A stretch of DNA of 64,000 nucleotides from Octopus sinensis (taxonomy: Eukaryota). Below, in pieces: positions 39,298-51,290 of the stretch. The DNA lies in contig NC_043009.1 of NCBI RefSeq assembly GCF_006345805.1, positions 13,702,001-13,766,000 of the forward strand. Direction: 5' to 3'. How positions within the stretch are numbered: the stretch's first letter is position 1; each line of letters begins with the position of its first letter. The notes beneath the pieces were generated by a model. That model worked only from the letters and a program-made list of their open reading frames with translations, did no database searches and was not told the origin of the DNA. The position numbers were made by a program, and so were the translations under genes.

Positions 39298-40022
39298 TAT
39301 AAAATTCATGTACATTTATACACAAAAGAGGTGACCCTAACAGGACACCTTACATACTAAAAGGTGCAGTCTAATCCCAAGCCACAGTTAAGAGTAATTT
39401 CAAAGGGGATCACTGCTCCTTTATGCATGTAAGATGTCCTGTTAGGGTCACCTCTTTGTGTATAAATGTACACTAATTTTATATGAAAAATATGTTGTCC
39501 ATTGACTATTTTATGCATGCTGGTCTCTGGCAGAAAAACATTCTCTAATTTTCCTGCCCTATATATATTTTCTTAACATGATTTTCGTAATTTTGAGGAA
39601 TGACGACATATATATTTTCATTTGCTACCGACTATAACTGCGTCTGCGCGGTGGATTTGAACAATTATATTGTATAAAGATAAGACATGTACTGTCTATT
39701 AGTCCCATAATTATACGTTAATTTTTGGCGCCTTTGCTGATGAAAACACGGATAGCAAATTATTTTATTTGTTCATTAATGTTCGAAACCTAGGTACAAG
39801 TGGTAACTATTGAAAATGTTTTTATTTTTCATTCCCTTCGAAATTACTCTTAACCTTGGTTTGGTCTTTCACTGCTCCTTTTATCAAGTAATGAGTCCTG
39901 TTAGGGCCACCTCTTTTGAGTATAAATGTACACTAACTTTATATGAAAAATATGTTGTCTATTGAACCATTCTATGCATGCTAGCTACTGGTAGAAAATT
40001 TCGCTAATTTTCCTACCCTGTA
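39298..40022 (+). mobile_element. Hammerhead-containing unit: 459-bp-period direct repeat plus an inverted partial copy
   Basis: 39412-39560 is repeated at 39871-40022, and 39298-39408 is the reverse complement of 39834-39945. A hammerhead-like motif lies at 39731-39800. Confidence 0.7.
39731..39800 (+). ncRNA. Type I hammerhead-like motif
   Basis: ctttg-CTGATGA-aaac..33 nt..gttc-GAAA-cctagg-t-a-caag: palindromic ACCUAGGU helix III, GUA cleavage triplet, A.C at 10.1-11.1. Confidence 0.55.
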
Positions 40023-40029
40023 TAAATTG

Positions 40030-40076
40030 ATAGACAGACAGACAGACAGACATGCAGACAGATAGATAGAGAGATT

Positions 40077-40167
<91 letters not shown>

Positions 40168-40590
40168 GGATGGATAACATATTATTAGACCAAATAGATG
40201 ATTGATAATATTTCAAATTATTTTGTATAATGTATGCATGTATGTATGCTTGTATACAGATACGTATATATGTCTGTCTGTATGTATGTATGTGTGTATG
40301 CATATATGTAAGTAGGTAGATAGGTTGGTAGGTAGGTAGGTAGGTAAGTAAGTAGGTAAGTAAATAGGTTGGTAGGTAGGTAGATAGGTAGGTAGATAGG
40401 TAGGTGGATAGATAGGTAGGTAGGTAGGTAGGTAGGTAGGTAGGTAGGTAGGTAGGTAGGTAGGTAGGTAGTTAGGTAGGTAGTTAGGTAGGTAGGTAGG
40501 TAGGTAGGTAGGTAGGTAGGTAGGTAGGTAGGTAGGTAGGTAGGTAGGTAGGTAGGTAGGTAGGTAGGTATGTATGTAGGTAGGTAAGTA
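40030..40590. repeat. (GATA)n and (TAGG)n tetranucleotide microsatellites
   Basis: Read directly from the sequence. Confidence 0.95.
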
Positions 40591-41602
40591 TGCATGCACA
40601 TTTCACAATATATTAAAGTATTTGGAAGAATATTGATATGATATCTTGACTTTAAAAGTACGGAAATGCAAAAACAAGTCTTTTGAAACTGGCTTTTGAA
40701 TCTGTAATTACCATCATCATCATCACCATCACTAGCACCACCAATTCCATGATATATGATTGAGATATGATACAATGTGTCTTTGTCAGATATTATAGCT
40801 ATTCCCAAGACACCAACCTCCAAAACACTGCGTTATCTGATAAAACACAATCATATCAAGGTCAATCAATTAAAAGAAAGTTAATCCCCATTTACGATAT
40901 TCCTTTACTTGTGCTTCAGAAATACAATAGGTTGTCATTGAAATGGAGCAGAAGCCTGCGTAAATTTTGAACATCCGGTGTAATTCTTCACAAGATTTGC
41001 TTTAATATAAGAACTAGCTCTATCTTCCCTGTATAATGTAAACCATTTCATATGTGATTAGAGAGCTTTGATTAAATACGGTTTCCACGCCTATGTGTCA
41101 TTATAAATCTTTAATCACACTCGAGACCAATCTGTCCTTTCCCTCTCTTTCTCTATTTTACACTCCCTCGCTGTCTCGGACCATACAAATATATGCGCGC
41201 GCGCTCACGTGTGTATCTGTAATCTTCCTGCGGTCTAATTGTGCCATCCAGTTTTTCAATTGTTCGATAATTAAGGTATCAATCTTGAACCGGGAGCATT
41301 TCTCATTCATTCGTTCTTTCTGTACGTCTGATGTTCTCGCTTTCAAGAAAAAATCTTGGCTATGACCAAAAGTGAATTGGGCTGGGATCTGGCATGTCAA
41401 AGACGATATATCTACAACTGTGAGCGTTTCTGTTTCAATTTTATTGAAATAAGTAGAGTTTACGTTATATAATATTAAACACACACGCGCACACAAACAC
41501 ACTCACACACTCACACACACATATATATATTCATGTGTATACATACATACGTTCACACTCACACGCACACATACACAGACACATAAACCTGCAAACATAC
41601 AC

Positions 41603-41654
<52 letters not shown>

Positions 41655-41655
<1 letters not shown>

Positions 41656-42883
41656 GGGGTTTGGACAAAATAATGCAAACACCTAGAATCATAGCATCAG
41701 AATTCTGAAATATCTATAAAACCATCGAAAGCTTGCTTATTTTTATGTTTTATGACTTATTATTAGAGTTACTTAATATATTTTGCTAAAATTGCTATTT
41801 ATTTTCAGATATCATCAGATAAAGTTAATTAAAATTCATAAAAATGATAGATCTATCGGACTTTCAAAGAGGTCAAAATGTTGGTGCACGTATGGTAGGC
41901 GATAGCGTAACAGCCGAAATGTTCAGTGTATCAAGAAGTACTGTCTCGAATGTAATGACAGTCTTTGAGAAAGAAGGGGAAAACTTCCTCGTCGAAACAA
42001 AACTCCGGAAGAAAACTTTCAGATGGGGACTGTCGGACTCTTACGCGAATTATTAGAAAGGATCACAAAAGTACAGCTCCCAAACTTACTGCAGAGCTTA
42101 ATGACCACCTCGAGAAACCAGTTTCTACAAAAACTGTTCGATGGGAGCTGCACAAAGACGGATTTCACGGGAGGACTGCAATCAGAAAACAACTACTTTC
42201 AAGAACAAACGTTGCAAAGCGTTTAGAGTGGAGTAAAAACCTATAGAATTGGTCCCGAGAGCCGTGGAAGACTGTTATGTTCTCGGACGAGTCATCCTTT
42301 ATCTTAATTCCGACCACCGGCCGAGTATACGTCTGGAGACAGCCAAAAGAAGCATTTGACGCAAACTGCCTTCCTCCAACTGTTAAACAATGAGGAGGAT
42401 CTGTGATGATCCGGTGGACTATATCTTGGAAATCCGCTGAGACTATTTAAGCATTTTATCAGATCAAATTCAGCCTATAGTTGCGGAACTGTTTCCGGAG
42501 GGAAACGCAATCTTTCAGGATAATAATACACCTACCAATTCACAAGCTAAAGTTGTTACTCAATAGCACGAGTAACATTTTAGTGAAGTTGAACATCTTA
42601 TCTGGCCGCCACAGCTCACAGATCTCAATATTATTGAACCTTTATGGTGCATTTTAGAAAGAAACAAGTAAGGAGTCGATATCCTCCACCATCATCTCTA
42701 CGAGAACTGGAAACTGATTTTGCTGAAGAATGGACAAAAATTCCTTTGGAAACAATTCAAACTTTGTACGATCCATACCACATAGAATTCAAGCTCTAAT
42801 TACTGCCAAAGGCGGTCGTACACCATATTAAAATAAATTTGTTTGAACTTTTAAGGTGTTTCCTTTATTTAGTGGAACCCCTG
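41655..42883 (+). mobile_element. Tc1-family (DD34E) transposon relic with TIRs, inserted in (TA)n
   Basis: TIRs c.ggggtttggacaaaataatgcaaacacct / aggtgtttcctttatttagtggaacccctg. Transposase 41844-~42830 includes MIDLSDFQRGQ, VSRSTVS, MFSDES, FQDNN, WPPQ..DLNIIEPLW, with stops and frameshifts. Confidence 0.92.
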
Positions 42884-42884
42884 T

Positions 42885-42950
<66 letters not shown>

Positions 42951-43169
42951 GTATACATTTTTCTAAATCTTGTACGACTCTGTTTCTGTCTATCCACTCT
43001 TTCACGCTTATTCGTTCATTCCACTCTTTGTTCTTTCGTTCCCCACTCTCTCACATTTCTTTGCCTTCTCTTCTTGCTCACATTCCCTCCACTTTTCGCT
43101 TCACTGTGTCCCTGTCATTTTTCTCGCCCCTCCTTAATTCTTCTTCCCTATGCCTCTACCTCTCTCTCT

Positions 43170-43650
43170 TCTCTTCCCACGTGACCGGTGTTCGGCCAAG
43201 CCTGGTCTTTCTTTCTGGGTCTGGCCGCTGTCCGTGCAAAATCGATATTCCGCCTTATGCCTGTGGAATCTTGTATCTCTGCCGTAAGGCTTCCCTTCCA
43301 CACATGCCTGCTTAACTTAATTCGTCCTTAGTCGAACGACACCTGTTGTTATCTCCTGTTACTATTTTTATTGTATTTGAGTAACTTGGTCAGTTTTTTC
43401 CGTCCTTCTTTTTGTATACATTCGCTGCTTTCTTCCAAGGAATCTAATGCTCTTGGGGTTGGCCAGATTGGAGCAATTTCGAGTATAATCAGCCGAAATT
43501 GTGAAGATAATCTGGTACTTGATTGAGGGAAAAAAACTTCGAATGACCCATCCTTGTTTTCTTTCTATCGTCTATCTGGATGTCTTGTTGTCCCATTTTT
43601 GCATCACCTAACTGTGCGGGTGTTTTGCGTTCTTTTCCAATTTTGTATTA
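43170..43650 (+). mobile_element. Unclassified repeat, possibly a Penelope-like terminal region
   Basis: Non-coding segment ending in cttttccaattttgtattatatata like the other TA-anchored units. Family recognition only. Confidence 0.3.
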
Positions 43651-43658
43651 TATATATA

Positions 43659-44044
43659 TACTAGCAGTATCGCCCGGCGTTGCTCAGGTTTGCAAGGGAA
43701 ATAACTATAAAGCATTTTTAGAGAGTTATAGCCAAAAAATAGCAAAAAAATGGGGAAAAAAATGATGGTAAATTTTTTTGAGAGTTAAAAAAGGTCGAGT
43801 TGCGTCCCCTAGACAGTCTGGTTTGTGTTTCTGATTCTCGACCCCATGTCGAATTTATCGATTTTTTTCAGAACTGGGGGAACTTTTCAAAATTTCCGCT
43901 GCGTTAGTTTTGAATTATGACATTGGGCTATGTGTGTGTCAAGTTTCATCAGAATCAGTTGAAAGCAGTGGTCACGGTGAGGGTACAACCAAACAGACAC
44001 ACAGAAACACACACAGACAAACTGCCGTTTATATAGAGAGAGAT
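43659..44044 (+). mobile_element. Non-autonomous Helitron/HINE (Lep1/DINE-1-like) element
   Basis: 5' tactagcagtatcgcccggcgttgctc.gg hairpin, caagtttcatcagaatc.gttgaaag core, (CAGA/CA)n microsatellite, and 3' ctgccgtttatatagagagat end. Confidence 0.65.
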
Positions 44045-44448
44045 ATCATAAGTTTCAGCCCAAGGCTGTGGTCATACTGGATCACCACCGGTAAATATAT
44101 ATATATACATATGCGTGTGTACGTGTATGTATGTGTATGTATATATATGTGTGTGTGTGTGTGTGTGGCTGTGTGTGTGTGCGTGTGTGCACGTTTGCAT
44201 GTCTCTGTATATGTATTTATATCTAATTATCGATGCTCCCTAGGCCAAATTCTTAGGAATGTTACTTCAAAGGTGTGTCATCTCGGATTTGTTTCTTGCC
44301 TCGTAACATGTTGATCACGTTTCTTTCGTTATAGATTCTGGATTGACATACTGGTGAAATCATATTCATGGTAACTGAGAAACAATGCACTCGACATTTA
44401 ATTCAAAAGACCAATCATACCGCACTCTATGCGGTATTATTCTGTACG

Positions 44449-44684
44449 GCGGTGAGCTGGCAGAATCGTTAGCACGCCGGGCGAAATGCGTAGCTGTATT
44501 TCGTCTGCCGTTACGTTCTGAGTTCAAATTCCGCCGAGGTCGACTTTGCCTTTCATCCTTTCGGGGTCGATAAATTAAGTACCAGTTACGCACTGGGGTC
44601 GATATAATCAACTTAATCCGTTTGTCTGTCCTTATTTGTCCTCTCTGTGTGTAGCCCCTTGTGGGTAGTAAAGAAATAGGTATC
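44449..44684 (+). mobile_element. SINE family B, single-unit copy with 16-bp TSD (1 mismatch)
   Basis: ggtattattctgtacg at 44433-44448 and ggtatcattctgtacg at 44679-44694. Confidence 0.9.
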
Positions 44685-45669
44685 ATTCTGTACGTTAATG
44701 ACACAGAGGTCTGTGCAACATTCTGTTAGTGACACTACAAACCAGTGTATAAGTAGTTTAGTTGGTAGAATAAAAGGAATATTTAGCGTCAGAACCGATA
44801 AAGAATCCACAAAAAGATATGTCTATATATCTTTGTGGTGTATGTATAAATGTGTGAGGCTGTGTATAATCTCAGCATATTTGTCAATAAAATCATAGAT
44901 AAAAAAATATAATTATGAACGATTGAGTGGGAAAATGCCACCGAAGAATTATTCGAAATTTGGCTAAAAGGCGTGAAAGAATAAAGCAATTAAGAACGAC
45001 TACTTGTATGGGAGGATTCTCTGCATGGATATTTACCAAGATATAAATTGCGTTCAGCAAATGACGTCATGCAGTACGATTGGTCAATATTCTCTGGCTT
45101 TCTGGCCAACCTTAATATTATTGGAAATCCGGAATTTTATTTATAGAATACCATTTAGTTACTACTTGAATTCTTATTAGAATTGTTCTTCAAATCGTTC
45201 CCAACTTCGGATGTCAATAAAAATACTTTAGTTGTTTCTATATATGATTGGGTCGATAAATTCTGTTCAGAAATTTCCCGTTTGCACCAGCATTTCATAT
45301 ATTATGATATTATTTACCACAAATCCAGATACATTTAAAATCTTATAGTTGGATCTCCCCCAATATATTTTCTTCACCTCTCCTTGTTTCCGTATTTATA
45401 CTTCTTTCATTCATTTTTTTCTCTTCATCGCCATTTTTTCTTCTTTCTCTTTTCTTCGAGGAGTGACTTTGTGGCATTAAATTACATATCTCCATGCTCA
45501 GTGTTTAAACCCTACAACGGCAGGTTTTGTCTTCACCTATTTGTGGAACCCCATTAAAAATGTAGCAGTGCTAATGTCGATTGATATCAGATCGAATTAT
45601 TCAATTAATTTCCCTCCTAAAATGTTTCTGGTTCGGAATTCGAAACCGTCACCATCCAGTGTCTGTCTA

Positions 45670-45754
<85 letters not shown>

Positions 45755-46134
45755 GTGTGTGTGTGTGTATGTATGTAATTAAGTCATTATTTGGACTTTG
45801 GGCATATGGTTAGTAGTATGACGATTAAAGCACTTTCACTGTTTAGGCTATCTGATGTCATCCACGGTTTTGATGTAAATGTCACTGGTTCTATCTCAGA
45901 AACTCTACAATGTTCGTTGAGTTTATAATGAATGACGGAAACTGAAAATAGAATTTGCAAGAATCTTTATTCAAACACAATGATCGTTTCGACCCATCTT
46001 GTTTCGGTTCCTTGCGGGTAGAATACTATACAACTGGGTTTTGTTACAGAATTCACCTCATCGAGTGTCTTGTTTTAAGTAAGATACTTCACTAAATATA
46101 CTCGATTTGGCTTGGTATGTTGCCGTTGCCAGTG

Positions 46135-46174
<40 letters not shown>

Positions 46175-47436
46175 TGTATGCGTGTGTGTGCTAGAGAACT
46201 AAAAACGTTTGGTGGCGGGGGATGTCTGAGATAATGTTACCAAACAAGGGAGTTGTGCAGGGAGTGAAAAGCGTGTGTGTGCGAGTGTGATTAAGCGTAT
46301 GAGCGTTCATTCTTGTATCGGTGTGTCAATATATACATATATATAATATATATATATATATGAGTATATCAGTCAAAATATAGAGAACCTGTTATTTGAA
46401 AGTGCTCGCGAGTTAATAGCATTTAGCAATAAAATATGTTAGAAACGAAACGAGAGCTGTTGAATAAATTTCACACTGGAAGTGAACTGTAAAGACTTTT
46501 CAGTTGGTTGCTCTCTATGGCGAAAAATGATGTGTGGTGGGCATCATTGAAAAGACTAAACGCTGACACCTACTTCCTCGGTCAAGCCATCATCGGCTTT
46601 TTTCAAGTCCTACTATGGAGAGGGACGATCTTTCTTTGAAATCCTTGTAAATTTGTTGAATTCACGAAAATGATGGTCGTGACCCTGACGAATGAGTATT
46701 TTCAATATATCGCGATATGCCGGGAAAAGAGAGCTAGAAGAGGGCCTTGAACTGCAGTAGGGAAGTTAATTCAGGCTGTGGAGGATTACTCTTTCGGATA
46801 CGTTTAATAATGAATTTTAAAAGAAATGTTAAGGAGAGAGAGTGAAATATTAAGCAATTTACTCTTTCCACATACAGAAAAGGGCTCTACTTTCAAGCGA
46901 ACACGTAGAAGCATGCAAATACTTAATTTCAGAAAATAAACACCGTATGTATATAGATATGAAATGATGGATATAATCTATCAGAGTGGGAATATATATC
47001 CAACGAAAACAACGGTAAATAATTTAGAGATTATATTTGAAGTATTTTTCAAACCGTCACCGGTTGACCATCTTGGGTATTGACACAAGTATTATAAGAG
47101 AACAAGTTAATGAAAGGAAGTATGCATACTTACTTTTGACGGTGCTCCATCATGTCACTGAGCGTTATGCTTAAAGCAGCCTAAATGAATAAATAACATG
47201 GTCTTTGGTGTCTGGTGCTCTCTCTCCCAAAATTTAGGGACTTGTGCCGAGAGTAAAAAAGAAATTAGTGTATGACCAAGTGAATCGACTTGCCCTCTCC
47301 CCACAAAGTGTCAGGCTTTGAGTCTATAGCAGAAAAAGAAAAATTAATATCCAAATGTATAAAAGCTAGACGTCTGGGTGCATTTGCATATTTTGGCCCA
47401 CAGAAGCTATTGTGATACTACAATAATTAAAACTGC

Positions 47437-48400
47437 TTAAGCTGGCTGAAACGTTAGCACGCCGGACAAAATGCCTAGCGTTATTTTGTCTGACACTACG
47501 TTCTGAGTTCAAATTCTGCCGAGGTCAGCTTTGCCTTTCATCCATTCGGGGTCGATTAAATAAGTACCAGTTACGCACTGGGGTCGATGTAATCGACTTG
47601 ACCCGTTTGTCTGTCCTTGTTTATCCTCTCTGTGTGTGGCCCATGTGGCAGTAAAGAAATAGGTATTTCGTCTGTCTTTATGTTCTGAGTTCAAATCCCG
47701 CCGAGGTCGATTTTGCCTTTCATCCTTTCGGCATCGATAAATTAAGTACCAGTTGCGTACTGGAGGCGATCTAATCGACTAGCCCCTTCCCCAAAAATTT
47801 CGGGCCTTGTGCCCACAGCAGAAACAAATAAATGCTGTTTAATGCGGTGAGCTTGCTGAACCGTTAGCGTGCCGGGCGAAAAGCTTGGCGGTATTTCGTC
47901 TGCCGCTACGTTCTCAGTTCAAATTCCGCCGAGGTTGACTTTGCTTTTCATCCTTTGGGGTCGATAAGTTAAGTACCAGTTACGCACTGGGATCGATATA
48001 ATCGACTTAATCCGTTTGTCTGTCCTTGTTTGTCCTCTCTGTTTTTAGCCCCTTGTGGATAGTAAAGAAATATGTATTTCGTCTGCCGTAACGTTCTGAG
48101 TTCAAATCCCGCCGAGGTCGACTTTGCCTTTCATCCTTTCGGGGTCGATAAATTAAGTACCAGTTACGCACTGGAGTCGATATAATCGTCTTAATCCGTT
48201 TGTCTGTCCTTGCTTGTCTCCTCTGTTTAGCCCCTTGTGGGTAGTAAAGAAATAGGCATTTCGTCAGTCTTTACATTCTGAGTTCAAATTCCACCAATGT
48301 CGATTTTGCCGTTTACCTTTCGGTGTGGATAAATTAAACACCAGTTGCGCACTGGTGTCGATCAAACGACTGGCCCCCTCTCCAAAAATTTTAGGCCTTG
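47437..48400 (+). mobile_element. Two head-to-tail SINE family B copies (2 units and 3 units)
   Basis: Heads at ~47437 and ~47843, five ttctgagttcaaat.cc.cc units, and two aaatt..ggccttgt 3' ends. Confidence 0.85.
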
Positions 48401-48679
48401 TTTAATGCAGCAGCTGAGTGAATCGAAACCCACGTCATCGTAGCCGCGTGTTATTTTATGAACCCAAATGCTCGGTAAGCAAAATAAACAGCGGCATGAT
48501 TTAACTGAAGAGCGTGAAATTAGTTATCGAAAATCATGCAACCGAACTGACTTCTGACTTTGTAATGTTCACTGCGTTGACAATTATAATAATGACTTTT
48601 TATTACAAGCATAAAGCAATTTATCGATTCATGTTCTTGACTGATAATTATTTTATCGGAGATTTAATTCATCTCCACT

Positions 48680-49075
48680 CTTTTACTCTTTTACTCTTTT
48701 TCTTGTTTCAGTCATTTGACTGTGGCCATGCTGAAGCACCGCCTTTAGTCGAGCAAATCGACCCCGGGACTTATTATTTGTAAGCCTAGTACTTATTCTG
48801 TCGGTCTCTTTTGCCGAACCGCTAAGTTACGGGGGACGTAAACACACAACCATCGGTTATCAAGCGATGTTGGAGGGACAAACACAGACACACATACATA
48901 TATATATATATACATATATACGACTGGCTTCTTTCAGTTTCCGTCTACCAAATCCACTCACAAGGCTTTGGTCGGCCCGAGGCTAAAGTAGAAGACACTT
49001 GCCCAAAGTGCCACGCAGTGGGACTGAACCCGGAACCACGAGGCTCGTGAGCAAGCTACTTACCACACAACCACT
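48680..49075 (-). mobile_element. SINE family A, full length, with an (AAAAGAGT)n tail
   Basis: Colinear with the 35205-35607 copy. Confidence 0.9.
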
Positions 49076-49784
49076 CCTACGCCTATAAATATTTAAATAG
49101 TAGTTAGTTTAACGACCCCGGAGAGGATATTATTATGATCGTCTGCGGTAAAATTTGAACGTAGAACACAAAATACTGTGCTATTTTTAATAACACTTCT
49201 GTACCTCCCATGCAGTCGATAAGAGTAAATACTAAAAAAGACTCGCTTGGATATATTCCAAGTAACATTCATTTATTCTTCTTCTTGTAGTGTCATTCTC
49301 TCCGGTGGTATGCCAAATATTTATTGATGTTGTTGTAGATATTGATTTGACTGCTCCAGGATTGTGATGCATCTACGCGTTTGATAATTGTTATCAATTA
49401 AAAACCAATCTGATAAACATAAGCGTCATTGGTTTATTTACATTGTAATCCACTGATTGAGCATTGGATAAAATGTGCATGAAGCATCTGTTTCACATCT
49501 GTCAAGCATATTTTACGTCTGTTACGTGTGTTTATTGATATATATTCTACACGAGCCTCAGCTCGAAACTGGCCATGTCAATAGGATATTAACCATTTTG
49601 CTGAAAATAGGATTGTTCGTGTAATGTTTCTTATTATTTTACTTTTATTTCGCAATATGTTATTGCATAAAAACGGCCATGCAGTTAGGAAGATTGCTTC
49701 CAAACCGCGTCACCCGTATTCGACAATATTGCATAGCAAATTGAATCTTTTCAGTTATATCTTGTGAATTTTATTGTGTGTGTG

Positions 49785-49975
49785 TGGAATCGTTAGCATG
49801 CCGGGAAAAGTACTTGCCAATATTTCATCCGTCTTTACGTTCCGACTTCAAATTCCACTGAGTTCGGCTTTGCCTTTCATCCTTTTGAGGTCTATAAAAT
49901 AAGTACCAGTTGAGTACTAGTGACGCTGTAGTCGAACTATTCATCCGATATTTTGTATCGCAATTTAAAGCCCTT
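49785..49975 (+). mobile_element. SINE family B, degraded
   Basis: gaatcgttagcatgccggg...cttcaaattcc...ctttgcctttcatcc...ataagtaccagttgagtact. Confidence 0.7.
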
Positions 49976-50291
49976 ATAGAAAGTATGTGGTGTACTGGTG
50001 ATGGTAATGCTTGAAAATCACCAACAGAAAGAGAAAGAGGTTAATTAGAAAAAATTGTACTTACCCACGAATGGGAAAAAATGTTGTTTATCATGCATCT
50101 TTGTAATAAGTTACAAGTCGACAAATTATATCATTGTTTTGATGAAAATTGTTCATTGCTTGAAAAATGTTGGTCAAGTTTAATAAAATTTAATATATAC
50201 TCAATGCATGAAGTATCATTCTTAGGTCCAACACCCAATGAAGACCCCTCCACAGGAGCTACCTTAGAAGCTGCTCGATAGGGCGGCTTTG

Positions 50292-50331
<40 letters not shown>

Positions 50332-50338
50332 TTATGTA

Positions 50339-50400
<62 letters not shown>

Positions 50401-50404
<4 letters not shown>

Positions 50405-50550
50405 CGAGTTTGCGAAAAAAACAAAAGACGAAGACAGGTGGTGTACAAAACAAACAGATGTATTAGTATAATGCTCAGGAATAGAAAAGGTATTTTACGT
50501 TTCGAGCCTACGCTCTTCTACAGAAAGGGGCACAGAAAAAACAAGGAGAG

Positions 50551-50560
<10 letters not shown>
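50401..50560 (-). mobile_element. Penelope-like terminal unit between TA tracts, with a non-canonical hammerhead-like motif at 50493-50526
   Basis: Minus strand reads ttt-CTGTAGA-a-gagc gtag gctc-GAAA-cgt-a-aaa. Its tail cacctgtcttcgtcttt recurs at ~31349-31370. Confidence 0.55.
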
Positions 50561-50604
<44 letters not shown>

Positions 50605-50606
<2 letters not shown>

Positions 50607-50990
50607 TTGTTTCAGTTATTTGACTGTGACCATGCTGGACCACCACCTTTAGTCCAGAAAATCGACCCCCATGTTTTATTCATTGTAAGTTTAGTACTTA
50701 TTCAATCTGTCTCTTTTGCCGAACTGCTAAGTTACGGGAGCGTAAACACACCAGCATCGGTTGTCAAGCGAGGTTGCCGGGGAACAAACACAGACACACA
50801 AACATATATACACACATACATATATATATACATATATACGACGGGATTCTTTCAGTTTCCGTCTACTAAATCCACTCACAAGGCCTTGATCGGCCCAAGG
50901 CTATAGTAGAAGTCACTTGACCAAGGTGTCACGCAGTGGGAACGAACCATATGGTTGGTAAGCAAGCTACTTACCACACAGCCACTCCTG
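50605..50990 (-). mobile_element. SINE family A, full length
   Basis: Colinear with the other family A copies. Confidence 0.9.
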
Positions 50991-51022
50991 AACCCATATA
51001 TATATATATATATATATATATA

Positions 51023-51255
51023 CTTTATTTAAAGCAGCAGAAAATTCAACAAAACCTGTTACTCTGAGTTTCCCGTTGCCGTTCATCGGACAGTTTTTGC
51101 TAGAATCTTGCAAAAACTGTCCGATGAACGGCAACGGGAAACTCAGAGTAACAGGTTTTGTTGAATTTTCTACTGCTTTAAATAAAGCATATTACTCTAC
51201 CACTGGTTTTTGAGTACTCTTTTATCCACCTTGTTTCACATTTATGTGTTTACTC

Positions 51256-51258
<3 letters not shown>
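51023..51258. mobile_element. Hammerhead-containing unit with a 78-bp-arm palindrome
   Basis: 51023-51100 and 51110-51187 are reverse complements (1 mismatch, 9-nt loop). The unit continues to ~51258 and then (TA)n. Confidence 0.85.
51111..51160 (+). ncRNA. Minimal hammerhead-like motif (mirror copy on minus strand at 51050-51099)
   Basis: caaaaactgt-CCGATGA-a cg gcaa cg g-GAAA-c tcaga gt-a-acaggttttg: 9/10-bp stem I, GNRA-capped stem II, GUA triplet, U4C. Confidence 0.6.

Positions 51259-51290
<32 letters not shown>

Noticed and set aside
41158-41502. 114-aa minus-strand ORF in non-microsatellite sequence
   Set aside because: No recognisable domain, its ends run into CA/GC repeats, and no splice signals were identified.
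45975-46067. Minus-strand CUCGAUGA...GAAACGAUC hammerhead candidate
   Set aside because: The core has an insertion, stem II pairs only through wobbles, and helix III does not form cleanly.
50226-50281. Possible terminal exon (G)PTPNEDPSTGATLEAAR* and a nearby minus-strand GTAAGT donor at ~50060
   Set aside because: The acceptor context is weak, there is no partner exon, and such signals are expected by chance in 64 kb.
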